This document shows, one piece after another, positions 1-9,438 of a stretch of DNA of 64,000 nucleotides (the first letter of the stretch is position 1; each line of letters begins with the position of its first letter). This DNA is from a virus (Duplodnaviria > Caudoviricetes). The DNA lies in the IMG/VR virus record IMGVR_UViG_2836862175_000007, positions 1-64,000 of that record; one strand, written 5' to 3'. The notes under the pieces are model-generated. The model was not told where the DNA came from, searched no databases, and saw nothing but the letters and a program-made list of their open reading frames with translations. The translations under genes and the position numbers were made by a program.

Positions 1-1281
1 ATGCCGAAGTCTCCCCTTTTCGAACTCGATGGAGAGTCTCGTACGCTCGCGGAGTGGGCGAGGATTCGCCAGATTTCGCCGTACACGGTATGGACGCGGA
101 TTCACCAGCTTGGGTGGGACACGGCACGAGCGCTGAACACACCCGCGAAATCGCGGGGCCGGCGCGGGCGGCCGAAGGCTGGCGTTCCTCGCGCGTGCCC
201 AGAGTACAAGCGCCACCCATCAGGGCGAGCATACTGCCGATGGAAAGCAAACGGCCGGCGGCATGAACGGTACTTCGGAAAGTACGGCAGCGCGGAAGCG
301 GCAACAGCCTACCGGCGGTTTGCCGCAGAGTGGGCAAGCGGTGCCTACGAAACCCTCATCGCGGCTGGTGGACCGGACGGCACTTCTGTCGCGAGCCTGT
401 TCAAAGCCTGGGTATCTCACTGCGAGCGGCATTACGTCAAAGGCGGTGAGCAGACGAGCGAGTTGACCCACGTCCGCGCGGCGGCCCGCGTTGCGGTTAG
501 CTTGTACGGCAACACACCCGCCCAAGATTTCAAACCCGCCATGCTCCGCGTTTGCCGCGAGGAGTTTGTAAACGGCGGCCTCACCCGCGGCGTGTGCAAT
601 TCGTACACCGCTCGAATTGTCCGGTGCTTCCGCTGGTGTGCCGCACAATCCCTTGTGTCCGAGACGGTCTACAACACACTGAAATTGGTGGAGAGGCTTG
701 CGCCGGGACGCACGAAGGCGCCGGATCGGCAGCGCCGTAAGCCGACCACGGACGCGCAAATTGAGTCCGCGCTAGCGTGCATCCCCAACCGCTCCCCGGA
801 GCGCCGTTCGCGTGTCGTCGCGATGGTGAGGCTACAGAGGCTCACGGGTATGCGGCCGGGCGAGGTGTGCGCGATGGTGCCGGAGGAGATCGACCAAAGG
901 GGCGATGTGTGGTGCTACGAGGTGGGCAAGGCGAACAAGAACCTACACCGCGGACAGGGGCAAGAATACTTCCTCGGGCCGCAAGCCGTCGAGCTGCTCC
1001 GGCCGCACCTCGCCGCGACTAAGCCGGGCGAGAAGGTGTTCCCGATCGACCGCGACTGTTACCGCGCTACCGTGAAGCTCGCGGCGGTGAAAGCTGGTGT
1101 GCCCGTGTGGACACCGCACCAGTTGCGGCACGCGCTGGCAACGGCTGTTGCAGAGCGGTTCCGGAGCTTGACGCACGCGGCGGCGGCAATTGGAGACTCG
1201 GAGGCCGTGGCGGCAGCGGTCTACGTTCACGTCGATCCGAAGAGGCAGGCGAAAATCGAAGTGGCGCGGGCGATGGGGTAG
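1..1281 (+). CDS. Tyrosine recombinase / phage integrase
   Basis: TGMRPGEV (catalytic R), PHQLRH (HxxR), C-terminal VYVH (catalytic Y); arm-binding-like segment HPSGRAYCRW...YFGKYGS. Confidence 0.93.
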   Translation: MPKSPLFELDGESRTLAEWARIRQISPYTVWTRIHQLGWDTARALNTPAKSRGRRGRPKAGVPRACPEYKRHPSGRAYCRWKANGRRHERYFGKYGSAEAATAYRRFAAEWASGAYETLIAAGGPDGTSVASLFKAWVSHCERHYVKGGEQTSELTHVRAAARVAVSLYGNTPAQDFKPAMLRVCREEFVNGGLTRGVCNSYTARIVRCFRWCAAQSLVSETVYNTLKLVERLAPGRTKAPDRQRRKPTTDAQIESALACIPNRSPERRSRVVAMVRLQRLTGMRPGEVCAMVPEEIDQRGDVWCYEVGKANKNLHRGQGQEYFLGPQAVELLRPHLAATKPGEKVFPIDRDCYRATVKLAAVKAGVPVWTPHQLRHALATAVAERFRSLTHAAAAIGDSEAVAAAVYVHVDPKRQAKIEVARAMG

Positions 1282-1313
1282 GAACGCTCGCGTCGCGGTG
1301 GACTCGAACACGT

Positions 1314-1703
1314 CGTACCCTTAAGGGGTGGGTTAAGGGTTGGCTTAACCGGCGGCTCAACCCCTGCCCAACCCCAAGCTGCGATTACCCCGGAGCAGTT
1401 GGCTCGCGCGTGCGGCGAATCGTCCGAGGTGGTTCTTGACCTTCTCGACGAACTTGAAAGCGCCGGGGTGTTCTTGCGCGACGGGAACGGAGCGATCTAC
1501 TCGCGGCGAATGGTTGCGGATGAAGGACTTAGGGCGAAGGCGAGCGCGGCGGGCCGGCTCGGCGGCAACCCCGACCTTAAGGGGAGGGATAAGCCCACCC
1601 CCGGCGCAGCGGTTAAGGGCACCCTTAAGGGTGTGGTTAAGGGTGGGGATATTCCCTCAGAGATCAGAGATCAGAGATCAGATTAGGTTCCTTCGGAACC
1701 TAC
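1314..1703 (+). pseudogene. Fragment of a phage replication initiator with TTAAGGG iteron-like repeats
   Basis: ITPEQLARACG...ELESAGVF.RD..GAIYSRRMV.DE...GGNP; no N-terminus, stop at 1686; repeated TTAAGGG and (AGAGATC)n. Confidence 0.6.
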
Positions 1704-1719
1704 TGGGGCTTTTGGTGAC

Positions 1720-2057
1720 ACCCCCAAAGGCGGACAAAGGTTGCCCCAAAGGTTGGGGCAGCCCCCGGCTTAAAGGTTCTGCGCAGGCACCTTTGACCGG
1801 ACCTTTAAAGGTGTCTGCAAAGGTCATGTCGGGGGTGGTTTCGGTGTCTGGTGGGGGCGCCGACGCGCCTCGGGCGGAATTGGGCAGTCCGCCGAACGAT
1901 GTTGGCGAGAAGGCGGCGCAAAAGTCTACTCCCGGCGACACCTTTAAAGGTTCTCCAAAGGTTGCCCCAAAGGTGCAGCAAAGGTCGCCTCAAACCATGT
2001 CCAAAGCCTCAGAGATCAGAGATCAGAGTAAAGACATAGAGGTTCCTACGGAACCTC
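1720..2057. repeat. AAAGG iteron-like array ending in AGAGATC repeats and hairpin GAGGTTCC-TAC-GGAACCTC
   Basis: AAAGG recurs at about 11-12 bp spacing at 1945-1985; 2007-2057 resembles 1655-1703. Confidence 0.6.
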
Positions 2058-2111
2058 GCGACGCGCTCGTGTCGTCACGACGGACACAACGGTAGCGTCA
2101 CACGTGACATC

Positions 2112-2474
2112 ATGCGTAACGCCACCGTAGGCGCGCTGGTGGCGGTGTGGGGTGTTGCGAGACGCAGCGGGAATCGCGACGGTGACGACTTAGTAATCCG
2201 TGGGTGCGGCGCCAGCGTGATTGACGCCATCGCGGACATGCCCGGTATGGGTGTGGCTATGATCGCGGTCGGGTGGCTCGTGGAGAGTGGCGGGAACCTT
2301 GTTTTCCCGCATTTCTTCGAGGACTTTAACGTAGATCCGACAGGCGATCAGCGAGCCGCGCACGCGGAGCGCCAGAGGCGTTACCGTGAACGAAAGGCGT
2401 CTCGGAAGGCTGTCACCGGTGGCGCCACGAGTGATGTAACTGTAGCGTCACAAAGTGGCGCCAGAGAAGAGTAG
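2112..2474 (+). pseudogene. Truncated phage replication-initiator-like ORF
   Basis: GALVAVW...AM.AVGWL...FPHF...AERQRRYRERK, then a REE*RRD linker interrupted by a stop. Confidence 0.55.
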
Positions 2475-2779
2475 AGAAGAGACTAAAGACAGTGTTGCCC
2501 CTGCGGGGCCGAAGCCTGTCGCAGGGGCAACCGCCCCCGCCTCCATCAACCCACGCCCACAGCGGCACGATCCTCCGCACGCTTCGCCACACGGTCAGAA
2601 ACGGCCCTAGCACTTGCGCCAGGGCGTGAACGGGTGAACAGATAGGCAGACGGGCGGCAAAGGGTGCGTTTTCGATTTTAGACCCCTTCAATTCAAAATG
2701 GCGAGTGGCGCCGCTTGCGGCCACGAATCAGATTGCGAACCTCGACAAATACGCCCCTCAAAAGCAACACTATCGAGCT

Positions 2780-2980
2780 ATGGCACGCACTGGCACTACC
2801 GCCGGCTCGGTTGGTGGCTTGGCCACCTCCGAGCAAGAGAACGAATCCGAACCCGAATACGCACCCGAATACGAATACGAATACGGTACATCTGTTTTCA
2901 CCTGCGCACGGGTGCTTTCATCTGCCCACTTGTGCGCGCATCCGTTTTCGTCCGTGCGCATCCGTTTACAGATGCGTGTT
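2780..2980. repeat. TGGCAC, CGAATA and CATC(T/C)G short-repeat block, origin-like
   Basis: cccgaatacgcacccgaatacgaatacgaatacgg followed by repeated catctg/catccg. Confidence 0.5.
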
Positions 2981-3037
2981 GAGACGCACCCCCGGCCACT
3001 CGGCGTGGTAACGACAGACACTTTGCGAGGGCAGCGA

Positions 3038-3592
3038 ATGGGCGTGAGCGAAACGGTTCAGGTAACGGTGGCGGTTCCAGATGCCGCGATCGCAGCGGTT
3101 TACGAGTGGGCGTGCGGACACGCTCGATACCGCGCTAAGGGTGCAACCGAGGTTGAGGACGAGCTTACGGACGCGGCGACCAACGCGGTCATGTGGGCCA
3201 TCAAGAACTGCACGGACGCGACCACGTTCGAGAACTTCGCGAAGGCCGCGGTTCGGCGCTGGGTGTGGCGTCAGATGCACCGGATCAAGCGGAAGCGGGC
3301 GAACCGTCCACGGGCCGCGGACCCGACGACGGAGGGCACTATCGAGAGCATGTGCGCACGGACGGAGAAACCCGTGCGCCCGGTGCTGATGGACGACCTG
3401 CCAGAAGACCTCGCGTTCATCGTGCGCTTGTACCTAACCGACGGCTTCAGCATGCGCGAAATTGGACTGCTCACGGGCCGCTCGCCGAACACGGTGCAAG
3501 TGCACCTGACGAAGGCCGCGAAGCTCCTTCATGATGGGCCGTTGGTCACCCCATCCCGGCGGAACGGTGAGAAGCGGCTGACGGCCGGGTAA
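3038..3592 (+). CDS. Sigma-70 family (ECF-like) sigma factor
   Basis: Region-2-like FENFAKAAVRRWVW and region-4 LPEDLAFIVRLYLTDGFSMREIGLLTGRSPNTVQVHL; ATG at 3038 preferred to the 2705 start. Confidence 0.75.
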   Translation: MGVSETVQVTVAVPDAAIAAVYEWACGHARYRAKGATEVEDELTDAATNAVMWAIKNCTDATTFENFAKAAVRRWVWRQMHRIKRKRANRPRAADPTTEGTIESMCARTEKPVRPVLMDDLPEDLAFIVRLYLTDGFSMREIGLLTGRSPNTVQVHLTKAAKLLHDGPLVTPSRRNGEKRLTAG

Positions 3593-3608
3593 CCAACGTG
3601 AGGGCGTC

Positions 3609-4088
3609 ATGGGCGAACTATTCGGGCTGGTGTGCCCGTTCTATCGCGCGGGCGATGCGGGCACCGAATACGAGTTGGCTGACGGCCGCTTCGAGCGGTT
3701 CGCACCGTCGGCGTTCGAGCGCACGCTGAGCCGGCGCCGTGACGTGCGGTGCGATCTGCTCCACAACGGCGAAATCCGTCTCGGGTACACGTCGGACGGG
3801 ACCGTTCGCCTGTGGACCGATGCGGCCGGTCTGTGGTGCTCCGTGCGGCTCACGGGTGCGGGCGGCGCCTACGTCCGCGAGCTGGTCGCGGGCCGGACCC
3901 TGCGGGGCGCGTCCGTGAGCTTTTATCCGCGCGCGTCCCGGTCCTTCACCGTCGGCGGTAAGCGCGTCCTCGAACACCTCGACGTTGACCTTGTGGCCTT
4001 CTCGCCGGTGGCAAGCCCGGCGTACCTCGCAACCACGGTGACCGTGCGCGGCGCACCGCTCGAAGTGCTCGAAGGCGAGATGCTGTAA
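3609..4088 (+). CDS. HK97-family prohead protease
   Basis: ERFAPSAF, LLHN, GTVRLWTDAAGL, GASVSF, SPVASPAY motifs. Confidence 0.88.
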   Translation: MGELFGLVCPFYRAGDAGTEYELADGRFERFAPSAFERTLSRRRDVRCDLLHNGEIRLGYTSDGTVRLWTDAAGLWCSVRLTGAGGAYVRELVAGRTLRGASVSFYPRASRSFTVGGKRVLEHLDVDLVAFSPVASPAYLATTVTVRGAPLEVLEGEML

Positions 4089-4112
4089 ACCCGGCGATCC
4101 TAGTACCACACG

Positions 4113-4140
4113 ACCGCGCGGAATCCCCGCGCGGTTTTTT
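4113..4140 (+). terminator. Intrinsic terminator
   Basis: ACCGCGCGG-loop-CCGCGCGGT followed by a T run, just after the protease gene. Confidence 0.7.
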
Positions 4141-4222
4141 CGTGCGCACCAGGACGTTTCGGGCACCCGGGGAACAGTTGCGGGCGTCAGGGGGCGTCAC
4201 GAGCGGTCAGGGGTATTCACCA

Positions 4223-4447
4223 ATGCTCACCAACGCGGTTCTGCCCGAAGGCGCAACGGACCTCACCGTTCCGCAATTCGCGCGGGCGAAGCAGGTGTCG
4301 GAATCAACGGTGCGCCGGCTCATCAAGTCGGGCGCACTGGTCGTGAACCGGGTCGGGCGGCAACTGCGCATCCCGCGGGAGTTGCTTGGGGACGGCGCGG
4401 GCTTGGGTGCGACGCGAGGCGGCAAGGTGGTTGAGATTCGGGGCTGA
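4223..4447 (+). CDS. Excisionase-like HTH_17 DNA-binding protein
   Basis: LTVPQFARAKQVSESTVRRLIKSGAL...RVGRQLRIP. Confidence 0.8.
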   Translation: MLTNAVLPEGATDLTVPQFARAKQVSESTVRRLIKSGALVVNRVGRQLRIPRELLGDGAGLGATRGGKVVEIRG

Positions 4448-4464
4448 AGTCACACGGGGGCTGA

Positions 4465-4923
4465 ATGATCTACGCATCGAAAGAACACCAGCGCGGGAAC
4501 ACGGCCGGGATCGCGTCCGCGCTGCTGGACTTGGAGAAGGTGTCGCACGAGGCGGAAGCCGCGGGGGACATCGAGTTGGCGGAAGCGATCGAGACACAGT
4601 TGATGCTGGTGCAGCGCTCGCCCGGTCTGGGATTGGGGAGCACGACGTTGCACCTGCGTTCGGGCCGGCGGGTTCCGCTCGACTCGGCGCGATCGCACAT
4701 CCAGCGAAGCGGGGGCGCGCGGCCCGCTTCGACCGGGAAGAGTCAGTTGACCCGCGACATGGAACGCATCTCGGCGCAGTGCCGGGCGCTCGCCGGGTTG
4801 GCCGATCAGCAGCGTATCGCGGCGGCGCTGGCGAACACCTCGCCCCGCTGTGCTCGCCCTGCCAAAGAGGAGTTGTGCGACTTCTGCGGTGAAGAGTTTT
4901 ACGTCGATTGCCTGTGCGGCTGA
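4465..4923 (+). CDS. Hypothetical protein with C-terminal Cys cluster
   Basis: Co-directional ORF in operon; ends CDFCGEEFYVDCLCG. Confidence 0.5.
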   Translation: MIYASKEHQRGNTAGIASALLDLEKVSHEAEAAGDIELAEAIETQLMLVQRSPGLGLGSTTLHLRSGRRVPLDSARSHIQRSGGARPASTGKSQLTRDMERISAQCRALAGLADQQRIAAALANTSPRCARPAKEELCDFCGEEFYVDCLCG

Positions 4924-4983
4924 CGTGGCAACCACCCGGCCGCTGTGGTCGGGCTGAACGGCATCACGAAACGAAAGGTGATC

Positions 4984-5790
4984 ATGGCGAACGAAGCTGA
5001 GGCGGATGCGGCGGTTGTGAACGACATGCTCGCGCAGATGGCGCGGGATGTCGCGGGCGAAAGCGAGTCGGGCGCCGCGGTTGCTGAGCGAATGCGACGC
5101 GCCGAGCCGGCGCGCACCACGACGCCGCACAAGCGGCAGGGGCCGGAGCCGATGCCCGTGGCTTCCAAGGCCTCGTTACCGGCACCCGTACCCTTCCCGG
5201 CCCGCACGGGCGTAGCCATCGTGGGCTTGCCCGATCCGAACAAAGAGCCGGAGGTGGTCGAAGCGCAGGCGGGGTTAACCCGGCTCTCGGAACAGCGCCT
5301 CGCGCTGGTGGCGGAAATCACGGCGCTGGAGACCGCGTTAGGGCTGAAGCCGGGCGCGTCGGCGAAGGACGTGGAAAAGCTCGCGGTGCAGCTCTTGGCC
5401 GCGGGCCAATCCGACGCGGACATCGAGACGCTTGAACGTCTCCGGACGCGCGTCCGGCGGCTCGCCGGCGCTGAAGAGATCGCGAGCAAGAAGGTTCGCG
5501 ACGCGCGCGAGCTGGCCGTGCGTCGGCTCTCGGCGGAAGCTGCGCAACGCGAGTTGGTGCCCGCGTGCCGAGCGAAGGCGCTGGCCCTCCTGGCGCTGAT
5601 CAAATGCGATTGGGAAGAGCGCGGGGCGGCTGATCGACTCCGCGCAGGAGGCTTTAACCCGCCGCCGGCCACGTTCCACAGCGACCTCTTAGACCACTGG
5701 CAAAACCGCATCGTGTGCAACCTCGTGCAAGAGGGGCACTTGACCCGCGAAGAGGTGCTCGTGGTCATGCCGTACCTGCACGGCATCTGA
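4984..5790 (+). CDS. Hypothetical coiled-coil protein
   Basis: Long Ala/Glu/Arg-rich helical ORF; AAAGGTG upstream of ATG. Confidence 0.6.
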   Translation: MANEAEADAAVVNDMLAQMARDVAGESESGAAVAERMRRAEPARTTTPHKRQGPEPMPVASKASLPAPVPFPARTGVAIVGLPDPNKEPEVVEAQAGLTRLSEQRLALVAEITALETALGLKPGASAKDVEKLAVQLLAAGQSDADIETLERLRTRVRRLAGAEEIASKKVRDARELAVRRLSAEAAQRELVPACRAKALALLALIKCDWEERGAADRLRAGGFNPPPATFHSDLLDHWQNRIVCNLVQEGHLTREEVLVVMPYLHGI

Positions 5791-5848
5791 GATCCTTCAC
5801 ACGGGCGCCGCACCTCGCGGCGCCTTCCAACCCCAACCAAAGGAACCC

Positions 5849-6232
5849 ATGCCGCAGAACAACTTGACGGCAACGACGATGCTCGAAGGCGACCTCCAGC
5901 CGCGGCACTCGGTGCAGAGCGGGGACGGCGCAATCACCCAGTGTTCCGGCACGGTGAGCATCACGAAGGCGACGTCTGCGGCCCTCACGATCGCGGACCC
6001 GCGCGCCGGGCGCCGCGACCCGGCCGGCGGCGACGACGGGCAGGAACTCACCATCCTCTCCGAGACGGCCGCGGCCCACTATCTGAGCAACGCGGCCGGG
6101 AGCGGGTTCAACGACGGCGGGACGGCTTCCGACTTGGCGACCTTCGGCGGCGCGAAGGGGGACAACATCGTCCTGATCGCGCGAAACGGGAAGTGGTGGG
6201 TTAAGTCGGTCCGCAACGTCTCGCTCAGCTAA
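5849..6232 (+). CDS. Putative virion decoration / structural protein
   Basis: Gly/Ala/Thr-rich beta-type sequence ITKATSAALTIADP...GDNIVLIARNGKWWV; AAGGA RBS. Confidence 0.5.
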   Translation: MPQNNLTATTMLEGDLQPRHSVQSGDGAITQCSGTVSITKATSAALTIADPRAGRRDPAGGDDGQELTILSETAAAHYLSNAAGSGFNDGGTASDLATFGGAKGDNIVLIARNGKWWVKSVRNVSLS

Positions 6233-6236
6233 CAGT

Positions 6237-6584
6237 GTGGTCAGGCGCCGCGACGTTCGCGGCGCCTTCTCTCAACCCCTTCGAGGCTGGAACGTGGAAC
6301 CACAACCACAGAAGACCGAGGGCGAATACCTCGCGGAACTGCGGCAAGCCGGGCGCGACGCCGCATTGAAGTGGTCCGCGTACATCGGCGCTACTGAGCG
6401 GGCGCAACTGCTCCTGCAAGAGGCGCAGGCGGCGGGCGTCCCCGGCGCAGAGCGCATGCTGCCCGCGTGCTGCGACTTCCCCAACTCCCAAAGCCCGAAG
6501 CTGCTCGCATCCCTGCGCGAAGTCGTAGCGCGGGAGTTCGCGACCAAAGACGAAGCGCAAGCGGCATTCGATGGCGCTAACTGA
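6237..6584 (+). CDS. Hypothetical protein
   Basis: Co-directional ORF; true start may be GTG at 6294. Confidence 0.45.
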   Translation: MVRRRDVRGAFSQPLRGWNVEPQPQKTEGEYLAELRQAGRDAALKWSAYIGATERAQLLLQEAQAAGVPGAERMLPACCDFPNSQSPKLLASLREVVAREFATKDEAQAAFDGAN

Positions 6585-6614
6585 TCGAACAACCAAGCAA
6601 TACGGGGGGCACGA

Positions 6615-7553
6615 ATGTCGGTCGTCAGCGCAAACATGACGTGGACCGGTCGCGGTGGTACGGACACCTTCACCCGGCAGCGCACCTACCGCGAGCAGTG
6701 GGAGGTGATTACCGATAACCCGCTCGACGATGAGGAAATCGTTGTCGGGACTGCCGCGCTCGTGGGGCTCCCCCGCCTGGGGCAACCGCACCCACGGTTC
6801 CCGTTCGCGGTGTGTGTCGAGATCGAAGCGGCGCAAAGTGAAGAGTCTCCGTTTCACTGGCTCGTATCGATCAAGTACGACAGCAACCCTTCGCTCCCGA
6901 ACGGCACCAGCCCAGAAGGTGCCGGGCAGTCCCCCGCGGACATCCCCGAAAACCCGCTGCTGCGCCCGGTTACCTGGGAGGTGAGTTTCGAGACAACGAC
7001 GGAGGTTGCGCGCGAGTGGCGAGTCATCACGGCCGGGAACCTCGCGGCGAACTTCACACCGGTGCGCAATTCGGCCAAGCTCCCGTTTGACCCCGGGTTA
7101 CAAATCGAAGTCGCCCGGCCCGTGTGGCGGCTCACGCGGAACATCCCGTACATTTCCGGGGAGCAGTTGCTTAAATTCGAGAACGCCATTAACGACCGCA
7201 TGTGGCGGGGAATTCCTAAGTGGTGCGCAAAGGTGCGCGGCACCCGCGCCGGCTCGAAGTACGAAAACGGCGTGGCGTTCGTTGAGTTTGCCGTGGAAGT
7301 GGCGCTCAAAAACGAAACTTGGATTCCGGAGGTTCTCGACGCGGGCATGATGGAGCTTGTCCAGCTACCTACCACGCCTGACGGACAGCATCCCGTGACG
7401 TGGAGAGCAATGAGGGGGCCTTACGGTGAAGATGGGCCATTCCCGCTGGACGGGCAAGGGCGCAAGCTCGCAGCCGATGCGGAGCCGGTATTTCTCCGGG
7501 GACTGCCCAGGAGCCTTCAACTTCAGAACTTCACGGCGTTGCTGGGGATCTGA
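6615..7553 (+). CDS. Putative phage tail-tip-like protein
   Basis: Beta-rich 312 aa ORF; NAINDRMWRG segment loosely resembles NTINQYPFLG in the ORF at 36305-37450. Confidence 0.45.
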   Translation: MSVVSANMTWTGRGGTDTFTRQRTYREQWEVITDNPLDDEEIVVGTAALVGLPRLGQPHPRFPFAVCVEIEAAQSEESPFHWLVSIKYDSNPSLPNGTSPEGAGQSPADIPENPLLRPVTWEVSFETTTEVAREWRVITAGNLAANFTPVRNSAKLPFDPGLQIEVARPVWRLTRNIPYISGEQLLKFENAINDRMWRGIPKWCAKVRGTRAGSKYENGVAFVEFAVEVALKNETWIPEVLDAGMMELVQLPTTPDGQHPVTWRAMRGPYGEDGPFPLDGQGRKLAADAEPVFLRGLPRSLQLQNFTALLGI

Positions 7554-7612
7554 AGTTGCCTAACGCAAGGCCATTCCTACGTGAGCCTTACCAAAAAAGA
7601 CTTGGGTGCGTG

Positions 7613-8881
7613 ATGAACCAATTGCATCTGGCTATTGTGCAAGCGGGTAATGAAGAAATTAAAAAATGGCGTCTGGAGGCAGGTGAGGATGACCGGTTAG
7701 ATTTGACTCACTGCCAACTCAATAAAGCAAACTTTTCCAACCTTGATTTAAGCCACGTAGATTTCACCGATAGCATCTTGCCTGAGGCGGATTTTACCGG
7801 ATCGACGCTTGTGGGCGCTATATTTAGTCGGGCAGACCTGCGGGGGGCAATTTTTGATCGTTGCCACCTCTTCGCCGCCATCTTTACCAAGGCGGACCTC
7901 CAACGTTCAAAATTTCGCAGCGCTGACAACGACCGAGCACACTATAGCGGGTCCCCATCAATAGGGGGGCTGGATGTCAATTTTAGAGACGCCAACTTAA
8001 CGGGTTCTGATTTTGAAGGCTGTGTTTTTGTAAAAGCTAGCATGGAAGGCTCAGTCATTAACGGAGCGTCGTTTTTGGGGGCGCATCTGCCGAAATCGTT
8101 GTGGTGTGGCGCCCAAGGGAATCACATGACATCCTTTGCCAGCGCCAATCTCGTCGCTGCAAGTTTCTCCTTTGCGGTAATCCCGGGGGCAAACTTCGTT
8201 GATGCAAAACTTCAACAAACAATTTTTGAAAATGTCGTCATGACTGGTGCGGATGTCTCAAAAGCAAATTTCTTTGAAGCTAAGTTGACCGACGGCATTT
8301 GGTCAAGAGTTAAGGGTGCGCCACAGTCTTTACACCTTGACAAAACGCACCCCGAATCAAATGCACAATATTTCGATCATTGCGACATTAATTGGCGGGA
8401 AAGGTGGTGTAGCTGGGAGCGACTTCGGACGTTTGGACGGCTGCCTTTGTTCAGTGCGTCTTGGACCGGATTCGCCTTCGTCGCATCTTACGTATACATC
8501 ATTGCTTGGCATAATGAGCAGGTTAAAAAGCTGGCCGACAGCCCTAGCCCGCGGGGTGTATGGGTGAGTCACTATGTTCACGAATTGCCGCTGCCTTCCC
8601 AAACGCTGCTTTTATTCACCTCAACGATATTGCTTGCGGTTGCTTCGACAATCTACAGCATTTGGTGCCCAGCGCGAATACGGGAATTCTCACAAGAGAA
8701 GTGGTGCGACGAGCTTAAGCGATCGCTCCTCCACTATTGGCCGCTGGCGTGGAAAACGCCGACGTTACGTGTCATTTGTGGCACCCTTTACGTCACGGGT
8801 GCGGCGTGCGCGATCTGGGTTATCGCCGCGAAGATTTGGACCACTGGAACATACATCATCAAAAACATAAGCATCTTTTGA
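7613..8881 (+). CDS. Pentapeptide-repeat protein with C-terminal transmembrane helices
   Basis: A(D/N)(L/F)xx repeats (ADFTG, ADLRG, ANLTG); three hydrophobic C-terminal segments; lower GC. Confidence 0.85.
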   Translation: MNQLHLAIVQAGNEEIKKWRLEAGEDDRLDLTHCQLNKANFSNLDLSHVDFTDSILPEADFTGSTLVGAIFSRADLRGAIFDRCHLFAAIFTKADLQRSKFRSADNDRAHYSGSPSIGGLDVNFRDANLTGSDFEGCVFVKASMEGSVINGASFLGAHLPKSLWCGAQGNHMTSFASANLVAASFSFAVIPGANFVDAKLQQTIFENVVMTGADVSKANFFEAKLTDGIWSRVKGAPQSLHLDKTHPESNAQYFDHCDINWRERWCSWERLRTFGRLPLFSASWTGFAFVASYVYIIAWHNEQVKKLADSPSPRGVWVSHYVHELPLPSQTLLLFTSTILLAVASTIYSIWCPARIREFSQEKWCDELKRSLLHYWPLAWKTPTLRVICGTLYVTGAACAIWVIAAKIWTTGTYIIKNISIF

Positions 8882-8973
8882 ATGCTGTCAAGTTTGTCGA
8901 GCGGCTTGGGCAAGTCCCAGGCCGCTTTTCGTTTTCAGGACATGTTGAGCGCGGGCGGAAAACCACCTCCCGT

Positions 8974-9294
8974 ATGCCGAGGAAACCGCCAACGCTGAAC
9001 ACCCGGCCGCGAGGCGTCTCGACAGAAGCAATGCGCCCCTCTGCGGCGAAGCGTGGTTACGACGGGCGGTGGAATCGGACGCGGGCGGTGAAGCTCGCGC
9101 GCAATCCCCTGTGCGAGGACTGCGACGAACGCGGGCTGACTTGCGGGGCGACGGAGGTTGACCACATCGACGGGTTGGGGCCGCTCGGACCGAAAGGGCA
9201 CGACCTCGATAACCTCCGAAGCCTCTGCAAGCCGTGCCATAGCAGGAAGACGGTTCGGGAAGACGGCGGCTTGGGACGCAACGCGAAAGGGTAA
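8974..9294 (+). CDS. Phage HNH endonuclease (HK97 gp74-like)
   Basis: RGYDGRW...PLCEDC...EVDHI...NLRSLCKPCHSRKT. Confidence 0.9.
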   Translation: MPRKPPTLNTRPRGVSTEAMRPSAAKRGYDGRWNRTRAVKLARNPLCEDCDERGLTCGATEVDHIDGLGPLGPKGHDLDNLRSLCKPCHSRKTVREDGGLGRNAKG

Positions 9295-9328
9295 TCGGGG
9301 CGCCCCGACAGGTTGGTTGCTTGTGCTC

Positions 9329-9436
9329 CGTGGGGGTGGGGATACCCGGTCAGATTTTACAGCTTCGAGCTAAAAGACCGTGTGCCCCCTGACAAAAAAA
9401 TGTGACCGCTGTTTCGAGCCGAGGGGAGGGGGGTAT
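9329..9436. other. Putative cos / packaging site
   Basis: G run ... AGACCG ... CCCCC ... A7 ... G run directly downstream of the HNH gene, the usual position in HNH-type cos phages. Confidence 0.5.
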
Positions 9437-9438
9437 CT

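Noticed and set aside
2705-3037. N-terminal extension of the sigma factor ORF
   Set aside because: It translates the repeat block (EYEYEY); ATG at 3038 with upstream GAGG is more plausible
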